This document shows positions 1-4,768 of a DNA stretch of 6,048 nucleotides, one piece after another (position 1 is the first letter of the stretch; each line of letters starts with the position of its first letter). The notes under the pieces are model-generated. The model was not told the origin of the DNA and searched no databases. It saw only the letters and a list, made by a program, of their open reading frames with translations. Made by a program: the position numbers and the translations under genes. This DNA is from a virus. The stretch is taken from the IMG/VR virus record IMGVR_UViG_3300020029_000057, positions 1-6,048 of that record, one strand, 5' to 3'.

Positions 1-121
1 GGATTGACGACGACCAAGCCGCGAATTAAAAGCAATAGCACCACCCTGCTGACCAAGTGGTTCACCATTCGTACCAAAATTATTAACACCGGCCGTATTC
101 ATCACAACCTGTACATTTACA
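1..121. repeat. Terminal redundancy, copy 1 (identical to 5928-6048); circular-assembly overlap
   Basis: I compared the copies base by base. ggattgacgacgaccaagcc...cctgtacatttaca at 1-121 equals 5928-6048 (offset 5927). Confidence 0.97.
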
Positions 122-1299
122 GTCTGCGAGGCACTAAACAAAAGTTTAGGACGGTCAACATGCTCGATACGCGAAGCAAAGAAAGTCTCGAGCCAATCCG
201 AATAACGCGAACCGCCAGCACCAAGAAGATCCTTATATTCCTGAAGACGCGAAGCAATAGCCAACTGAGGAATCGTAGTAACCCCAGTCATGGAAACATC
301 GCTCGACGTACCATTCGGAAGAAGACGGCTAAACCGATCAGGATTCGAAGGAACAACAGCCATGGGGTGAGCCTTCAACATAACAGTATAAAGAACTGGA
401 ACCCCAGATGAAGAAGGCGCCGAAACATCAAACTGAGACGTAGGAGCATTCGGAAGAGAAAGCGAACCATCAGAAACCGGGGCAACAGGAAAACCTGTCG
501 AAGGCTCAGGAAGCGAAGAAACGTCAGAACGGACAATCTGATAGGCAAGATTAATGCGATTATACGTACCGTTCGAACTCTCAACAGCAGAAGGATAGAA
601 CTGACTCTCGAAATAAGCATCAAGACTTTCAACAGACCCTACTCTCTGATCAAAGAATCGAGCGGGAGTGGATTTACCTGGATAAGTAAAAAGATACTCC
701 GCTCCAGTATAACCAACACGCCAGGAAGCGGGCCAGGCAAACGAATAGATCGACCATTGCGAATAAGCGTAATAATTGCGAACAATGTCCCAATAAGCCA
801 GGTAGGAATCCGCATTCGCATAAAGAAACGCATTCGAATCAACGGCGTTAGTTTGAGCAACCTGATTATAATTAGGGGTAATCCCATTGCCGTATTCGTG
901 ATTACAGATGCGAAGCCAATTAAAAAGACTATTGGAAAATGACGCGGTTCCGCCATTAAAAAGGCCGGCACCAGAGGGATTAACGGAAGCAGGCAACCAA
1001 TTCCACGACAAATCATTCATGTCAAACTTACTGCTGTTCGTCCGCATCTCAGGATGATAAAGCTGCAACGGAACCCAGAAACGATGAAGCCGCACCGTAT
1101 AAGGGTTAAATGACGGCACAGCGAGAGGATTCGATCGAACATCAATGCCCTGAGCGATCGAGACACGATCACGAGCGTTGATGAAGTCGATTCGGACAGG
1201 ATACAAAATTCCCGGAGTACAGGAAAAAGCCTTGGCTTCCGGAACGTCATACCGGGAATAACCATTCACGGCATGAGAAATAAAAGGTTGTTTACCCAT
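1..1299 (-). CDS. VP1: Major capsid protein VP1 (phiX174 F-like), N-terminal 433 codons; the gene continues across the circular junction at 5927
   Basis: I read + strand triplets 1-3, 4-6 and so on. No TTA/CTA/TCA occurs until 1378-1380, so the - frame is open from the left edge. The first ATG is CAT at 1297-1299. The translation begins MGKQPFISHAVNGYSRYDVPEAKAFSCTPGILYPVRIDFINARDRVSIAQGIDVRSNPLAVPSFNPYTVRLHRFWVPLQLY and later contains LLGAGGSRYSDWLETFFA. Both are characteristic of Microviridae major capsid proteins. The gene is missing from the ORF track because it has no stop on this side of the window. Confidence 0.95.
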   Translation of the reverse strand, partial: MGKQPFISHAVNGYSRYDVPEAKAFSCTPGILYPVRIDFINARDRVSIAQGIDVRSNPLAVPSFNPYTVRLHRFWVPLQLYHPEMRTNSSKFDMNDLSWNWLPASVNPSGAGLFNGGTASFSNSLFNWLRICNHEYGNGITPNYNQVAQTNAVDSNAFLYANADSYLAYWDIVRNYYAYSQWSIYSFAWPASWRVGYTGAEYLFTYPGKSTPARFFDQRVGSVESLDAYFESQFYPSAVESSNGTYNRINLAYQIVRSDVSSLPEPSTGFPVAPVSDGSLSLPNAPTSQFDVSAPSSSGVPVLYTVMLKAHPMAVVPSNPDRFSRLLPNGTSSDVSMTGVTTIPQLAIASRLQEYKDLLGAGGSRYSDWLETFFASRIEHVDRPKLLFSASQTVNVQVVMNTAGVNNFGTNGEPLGQQGGAIAFNSRLGRRQS

Positions 1300-1366
1300 A
1301 AAAAAAAGAAATTTTGAACAATAAAGAGCAGAAGGTGGTCTCCGATCGGAAGCCAACACTCGAAAA
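1300..1366 (-). promoter_or_regulatory. VP4-VP1 intergenic spacer with the 10-bp palindrome TCCGATCGGA (1341-1350), a GTGGTCTC motif (1335-1342) and a T8 tract (viral strand) abutting the VP1 ATG
   Basis: The region is non-coding between the VP4 stop (1367-1369) and the VP1 start (1299). The palindrome was read directly. The viral-strand leader is TGTTCAAAATTTCTTTTTTTT-ATG with no Shine-Dalgarno. Confidence 0.4.
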
Positions 1367-2440
1367 TCATGCGACTTTTAGACCAAACTGATCATACCAA
1401 AACTGCAAGATATCACGATCAAGCCAAACAGGCGGAGCAATGTCGGGCATCTTACCCGCACTATGAAACTCCAAGGCCTTTTTTATCTCCCAGGAATAAC
1501 TCGCTCGAGAGGATACGGCGGAAGACAAATTCTTAATCTCAATACACCGTTTAACAATACAACGAACCAGAGGAGACTGGCTAAAACGTGCGTAAGAGTC
1601 AGCAGACAATATTGCACGAGTAGTTTTCTCGGCGTCTGTAAGATATCTATCATAGTAACGAGGGATCGCGTAATTAAACGAGCGACCAGAGAAAGAACGA
1701 TCCGCATAAGACCATAAGCGAACGCGATGAGAAGGACGAGGCATAATACCGAGATAATCACCGACTCCGGCTGAGACAAATTTCCGAGTATAGCGCCTGT
1801 GCTGAAGCAAGGCAGAAAGCGGAACATCGACATCATTGATTTTTACTGTTTTTCCTGCAACATCAACAGGGTTGAATTTAATTTGTTTGGTAACGTATTT
1901 GACACAATAACGAGCTCGTTTTACATTAGCCTTAGCAAGCCAAATGTAACCTAAATCAGAAACGGCACTGCGCAAAGTATTATATAAAACATCAGTACCG
2001 AACAGAAAGCCATGAAAATGCAGGCGAGGCTCCGAACCAGTCTCCGGATGCGTACCAAATTCCTGAAAGAACGCATGTTTGAAAGAATGTCCAATGCGAT
2101 GACGGACGCGTTCATTCCAACGACGAATAAAACCAGAAGGATCAAGCAGAGCATTGTTATAATGCTTAGGAGCAATGGTTATAGTAATAAAAATGGCCTG
2201 CCGAGATTCAGCCTTACAACGGGCCAATTCTCTTTCTATCCGGACGAACCAATCATTCCTCAACCTACGCAAGCAATCGTCACAGTGACCGCAGGGAACC
2301 ATAATCCACTGGCGGGATACATCCCAGGGCCGAAGGGCAAGAGCAGATCTGTGATCAGCGTCAGCAGAAACACCCGCACGGGGGCGTTTCTTGTCAAAAT
2401 AGCGACGATTGCGAATCCAGACAGGGTGTTGGCAGGCCAT
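1367..2440 (-). CDS. VP4: Replication initiation protein VP4 (HUH rolling-circle endonuclease, phiX174 A-like), 357 aa
   Basis: ATG at 2440..2438. Motif I is IFITITI (residues 83-89). The HUH motif is LHFHGFLFG, with H-F-H at 2012-2020 checked codon by codon. The two-tyrosine catalytic motif is RYCVKYVTK (Y178 at 1907-1909, Y182 at 1895-1897). An N-terminal CGHCDDC cysteine cluster is also present. Confidence 0.95.
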   Translation of the reverse strand: MACQHPVWIRNRRYFDKKRPRAGVSADADHRSALALRPWDVSRQWIMVPCGHCDDCLRRLRNDWFVRIERELARCKAESRQAIFITITIAPKHYNNALLDPSGFIRRWNERVRHRIGHSFKHAFFQEFGTHPETGSEPRLHFHGFLFGTDVLYNTLRSAVSDLGYIWLAKANVKRARYCVKYVTKQIKFNPVDVAGKTVKINDVDVPLSALLQHRRYTRKFVSAGVGDYLGIMPRPSHRVRLWSYADRSFSGRSFNYAIPRYYDRYLTDAEKTTRAILSADSYARFSQSPLVRCIVKRCIEIKNLSSAVSSRASYSWEIKKALEFHSAGKMPDIAPPVWLDRDILQFWYDQFGLKVA

Positions 2441-2652
2441 TAAAAAACAGATTGTAAAATGTCATAAAAACGAGTCGGATGAACCTTGCGACTAGAAACA
2501 AGGAACTCGACAGCATCATCAATATGCTCAAACCAGGCAATAATAGTACGCTTGTCATGATGGTAAACACCAACAGACCAGCGAAATTTTATATCACCAG
2601 AACGGGGACCATAAACAGGCCTATTTGCATCATATTGATCCATAAGAGTCAT
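2440..2652 (-). CDS. Hypothetical 70-aa protein translationally coupled to VP4
   Basis: ATG at 2652..2650. Its TAA stop (2442..2440) shares one base with the VP4 ATG, giving viral-strand TAATG. It has the same strand and packing as the other genes. I recognise no motif (MTLMDQYDANRPVYGPRSGDIKFRW...). Confidence 0.55.
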   Translation of the reverse strand: MTLMDQYDANRPVYGPRSGDIKFRWSVGVYHHDKRTIIAWFEHIDDAVEFLVSSRKVHPTRFYDILQSVF

Positions 2653-2696
2653 TTAGGGGGTTCGATTCGGCCAAGGCCGACTGCGAACAGATGGAA

Positions 2697-2781
2697 GAAT
2701 CCCCGAAAACAAAGTACGCTAAAGCGCTCCAGTGGTCTCGATTTCACCGAACGTATCACGTATCAGAGTTATCGGGGATTC
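2697..2781. repeat. Perfect 10-bp inverted repeat GAATCCCCGA (2697-2706) / TCGGGGATTC (2772-2781) enclosing 65 nt
   Basis: The reverse complement was verified base by base. The flanking pairs (2696/2782 and 2707/2771) are A-A mismatches, so the stem is exactly 10 bp. Confidence 0.9.
2751..2764. repeat. Tandem heptamer ACGTATC x2 (viral strand GATACGT GATACGT)
   Basis: Read directly: acgtatc (2751-2757) and acgtatc (2758-2764). It lies inside the loop closed by the 10-bp inverted repeat. Confidence 0.9.
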
Positions 2782-2832
2782 AATTGTTAAAGAACCTTGC
2801 CGCCAAGGGGGCGAACTACAACCCGAGCGCCG

Positions 2833-3144
2833 CTACGAGTTTTCTTTTTCCGTCTCGTCATGATCCTCAATGTTGAATACAAGAAAATTGGGATAAAATT
2901 GCATACCTGCAAACTTGGGATGTGCAGTAATGAGAGCAATAGCAGCACCAAGGGACTGAGGCTTCACATAAGCCTGGGTGCCAAGAAGGTCGTCAAATGT
3001 AACAAGATCCGCCAAAGCGGGGAAACACTCTTCGATGACGGAAGGTAGCGTCTGAAACGCCTTAAACTGACCTTCGACGACCTCACCGGCGACAAAGTCA
3101 AAAACGGGAATGCCCGCGCCAAAAATACGAATGATGATTTGCAT
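2833..3144 (-). CDS. Hypothetical 103-aa protein (orphan)
   Basis: ATG at 3144..3142, only 5 nt after the stop of the upstream ORF (TAA-CTGCT-ATG). It is on the same strand as all the core genes. The amino-acid composition is balanced and protein-like (MQIIIRIFGAGIPVFDFVAGEVVEGQFKAF...) with an acidic C-terminus. I recognise no family. Confidence 0.55.
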   Translation of the reverse strand: MQIIIRIFGAGIPVFDFVAGEVVEGQFKAFQTLPSVIEECFPALADLVTFDDLLGTQAYVKPQSLGAAIALITAHPKFAGMQFYPNFLVFNIEDHDETEKENS

Positions 3145-3149
3145 AGCAG

Positions 3150-3422
3150 TTATTTTACAGTTAAACGATAGGTCTTAAGGAGATGACGCCATTTTTTATC
3201 AAGATTCGCCCACCGCTTGGGCTCAGACGTAGCCCGATACACGAATGCGGCAGAAATAAAGTACTCGGCCGGAATTTCGTAGTTATACCGCGAAAAGAGC
3301 AGGTAAAAATTCGGAGAAAGTTTAGCACACCAATCGAGGTACGAAGAGAGAGCATCGTGATCGGCAAGAAAACAGAAGAAGAGTTTAACCTCGACTCCCG
3401 AAATGCAATTTTTATTTTCCAT
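3150..3422 (-). CDS. Hypothetical 90-aa protein (orphan)
   Basis: ATG at 3422..3420 and stop at 3152..3150. It is tightly packed ahead of the 103-aa ORF. The sequence is aromatic-rich (MENKNCISGVEVKLFFCFLADHDALSSYLDWCAKL...). I recognise no family. Confidence 0.5.
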   Translation of the reverse strand: MENKNCISGVEVKLFFCFLADHDALSSYLDWCAKLSPNFYLLFSRYNYEIPAEYFISAAFVYRATSEPKRWANLDKKWRHLLKTYRLTVK

Positions 3423-3433
3423 AATACGCAGGT

Positions 3434-3607
3434 TTATTGGTTTCGTAAGACAAAGGTGGTGAAAATATATTTATAATCCAAATCAAAATCAGAAAAAAAA
3501 TCGCCAGGACACGAGGGGACGGCGTTACCTTCCTCGCAATTCCTTTCGAGAAACTCGAGTACCTCCGATAAATTCTCCTTGTCTATCATAGTGTTCGCGT
3601 GTTTCAT
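3434..3607 (-). CDS. Doubtful small acidic ORF overlapping the VP2 3' end (alternative ATGs at 3658, 3607 and 3589)
   Basis: The track ORF 3434..3682 starts at GTG. The in-frame ATGs give MKHANTMIDKENLSEVLEFLERNCEEGNAVPSCPGDFFSDFDLDYKYIFTTFVLRNQ. Even the shortest version overlaps VP2 by 65 nt. The non-overlapping 91 nt are AT-rich and include a T8 run, so they may be non-coding promoter DNA for the next gene. Confidence 0.25.
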   Translation of the reverse strand: MKHANTMIDKENLSEVLEFLERNCEEGNAVPSCPGDFFSDFDLDYKYIFTTFVLRNQ

Positions 3608-4766
3608 CAAGTATGGTACTGGAGGCACCGGAACCACGAACAGTCCTGGCACCAACATAAGAACCGGTAATATCCATAGCACCAGCTATAACTTCTTTCG
3701 CCACAGCATAACCCAACGCATTCTTCGCAGAGCGATTAGAGAACCAATTACCAGCGACACCTTGCTTACCAGAAGTAAGGTTAAGTCCGAGAAGGATTTT
3801 TTGCATCTCCTCTCCAGTCATCTCAATAGTCTTACCATTAGGCTTGCCGTTCTCATCAACATCGGGAACAGGAATCCTGGTATTCCAATTCAACTGGAAC
3901 CACTTTTGAGCATCCTGAACGGATATCTGCTGATGTTCGGCCTGAGCAGAAGTAAGAACGTACTGAGCCTTAAGAAGAGCAAGAGAGGCTTGCATATAGT
4001 CATCAAGATACTTATTGCGACCCTTAATATTCTCATACTCCTCCTTCATGAGACCGACACGGGCGATAATCTCCTCAAGAGCATAACCGGAAGTGGTTTC
4101 CGTAAGCCAGGCATTGACCTTCTCAATATCACGCTGAGCAGCCAACATATCAAGCTTAACGTCGGCGGAAAGGTCATCCTTGCCACGAATAGAGAGATCC
4201 AGGTCATCCATAGCCTTGCGCCATTCAGCAGAATGCGTGTCGCCACGGGCACGATCAGCCTCAGCGCGATCACGATCAGCAGCAGCTTCGTTGCGCTCAC
4301 GCTCGGAGGCGACAAGGCCAATACGAGCAGTGGCAAGAGGATCACCGGAAAAAGTCTGAGGACCACCAACAGGAGCACCACCAGAAGGACCAGGACCACC
4401 AGAGGGAGCACCACCGGAAGAAGTAGGAACGGTAGCAGAAACACCAACGCCAGAAGAGCCAAGAACAGCAGCAGGAGTAACACCAGCCTTGAGATAACGC
4501 TCAAAGACCTTAGAAGGATCATTATAGGCGTTCTCATAGTCGAACATCTCCTTATCATGCGCAAGTTGATACTCAGCAGACCTAGCCATCTGTTCGAGAG
4601 CATACTGCTGCTGAAGCTTCATTTGCTTTTGCTGATATTTCCATTGACGACGAGCGGCAATACCACCAAAAAGAGCATTACCAAGGCCAGTACCTCCAGC
4701 ATTACCAAAGGAAGTAGCAGCACTGGAACCCATGCCCTGGAAGGCAGCTGTGAGAAAAGGCGTCAT
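3525..4766 (-). CDS. VP2: Minor capsid / DNA pilot protein VP2 (phiX174 H-like), 413 aa
   Basis: It is the second-largest ORF, downstream of VP1 as in gokushovirus/Alpavirinae-type genomes. The N-terminus is Gly-rich (GMGSSAATSFGNAGGTGLGNALFGGIAA). A Gln/charged heptad-like segment follows (RRQWKYQQKQMKLQQQYALEQMARSAEYQL), then a Gly/Pro/Ser tract and charged helices. This architecture is typical of microvirus pilot proteins. The call rests on architecture and position, not on a search. Confidence 0.8.
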   Translation of the reverse strand: MTPFLTAAFQGMGSSAATSFGNAGGTGLGNALFGGIAARRQWKYQQKQMKLQQQYALEQMARSAEYQLAHDKEMFDYENAYNDPSKVFERYLKAGVTPAAVLGSSGVGVSATVPTSSGGAPSGGPGPSGGAPVGGPQTFSGDPLATARIGLVASERERNEAAADRDRAEADRARGDTHSAEWRKAMDDLDLSIRGKDDLSADVKLDMLAAQRDIEKVNAWLTETTSGYALEEIIARVGLMKEEYENIKGRNKYLDDYMQASLALLKAQYVLTSAQAEHQQISVQDAQKWFQLNWNTRIPVPDVDENGKPNGKTIEMTGEEMQKILLGLNLTSGKQGVAGNWFSNRSAKNALGYAVAKEVIAGAMDITGSYVGARTVRGSGASSTILDETREHYDRQGEFIGGTRVSRKELRGR

Positions 4767-4768
4767 AA

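Larger units (their letters stand above)
2653..2832 (-). promoter_or_regulatory. Largest intergenic region, highly structured; candidate replication origin and/or promoter region
   Basis: No ATG-initiated ORF is present. It contains a 10-bp long-range inverted repeat (2697-2706/2772-2781). There are GC hairpins TCGGC-CAAG-GCCGA (2667-2680) and CCTTG-CCGC-CAAGG (2795-2808). There is also a tandem heptamer at 2751-2764 and a GTGGTCTC motif at 2732-2739 shared with the other spacer. Confidence 0.5.

Noticed and set aside
1-121. The terminal direct repeat as a biological DTR (a packaging signature of a linear dsDNA phage)
   Set aside because: The gene content is that of a circular ssDNA microvirus, and the capsid gene reads straight through the junction in frame. 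The duplication is therefore an assembly overlap of a circle.
375-1265. Three near-contiguous - strand ORFs (85, 125 and 82 aa) listed where I place VP1
   Set aside because: They are the +1 frame of VP1. Their sequences are Leu/Arg/Ile/Phe-rich off-frame noise, whereas the true frame gives a recognisable capsid protein. The same applies to 5468..5899, 5170..5385, 1483..1836, 1951..2175 and 3161..3367.
2656-2680. tRNA-like T-arm string GGGGGTTCGATTCGG next to a GC hairpin; possible tRNA gene or tRNA-derived att site
   Set aside because: The bases flanking TTCGATT (GGGGG and CGGCC) are not complementary. I could not build an acceptor, D or anticodon arm on either strand. The only long-range 6-bp pairing nearby (GCGCTC 2724-2729 with GAGCGC 2825-2830) spans 107 nt and is expected by chance several times in a region this size. 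No integrase is encoded.
2650-2760. A 36-codon - strand ORF inside the structured intergenic region that ends in ATGA with the 70-aa ORF start; possible J/ORF8-like small DNA-binding peptide
   Set aside because: It has no ATG, only a GTG immediately after an in-frame TGA. The peptide (VIRSVKSRPLERFSVLCFRGFFHLFAVGLGRIEPPK) is only mildly basic compared with known packaging peptides. It coincides with DNA whose structure is the more parsimonious reason for conservation.
4147-4154. Exact CTTGATAT (viral strand), identical to the nick-site core of the phiX174 origin, inside VP2
   Set aside because: It is a single 8-mer in about 6 kb, with a chance expectation on the order of 0.1 per strand. No AT-rich spacer or GACCAC-type recognition element follows it, and it lies more than 1 kb from the intergenic motifs.
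4643-4653. An 11-mer ATTGACGACGA shared between VP2 (4643-4653) and VP1 (3-13, also 5930-5940)
   Set aside because: Several 11-mer coincidences are expected in a 6-kb sequence. Both copies encode Arg-Arg-Gln with the same preferred codons (CGT CGT CAA), so this reflects codon usage and is not a repeat element.
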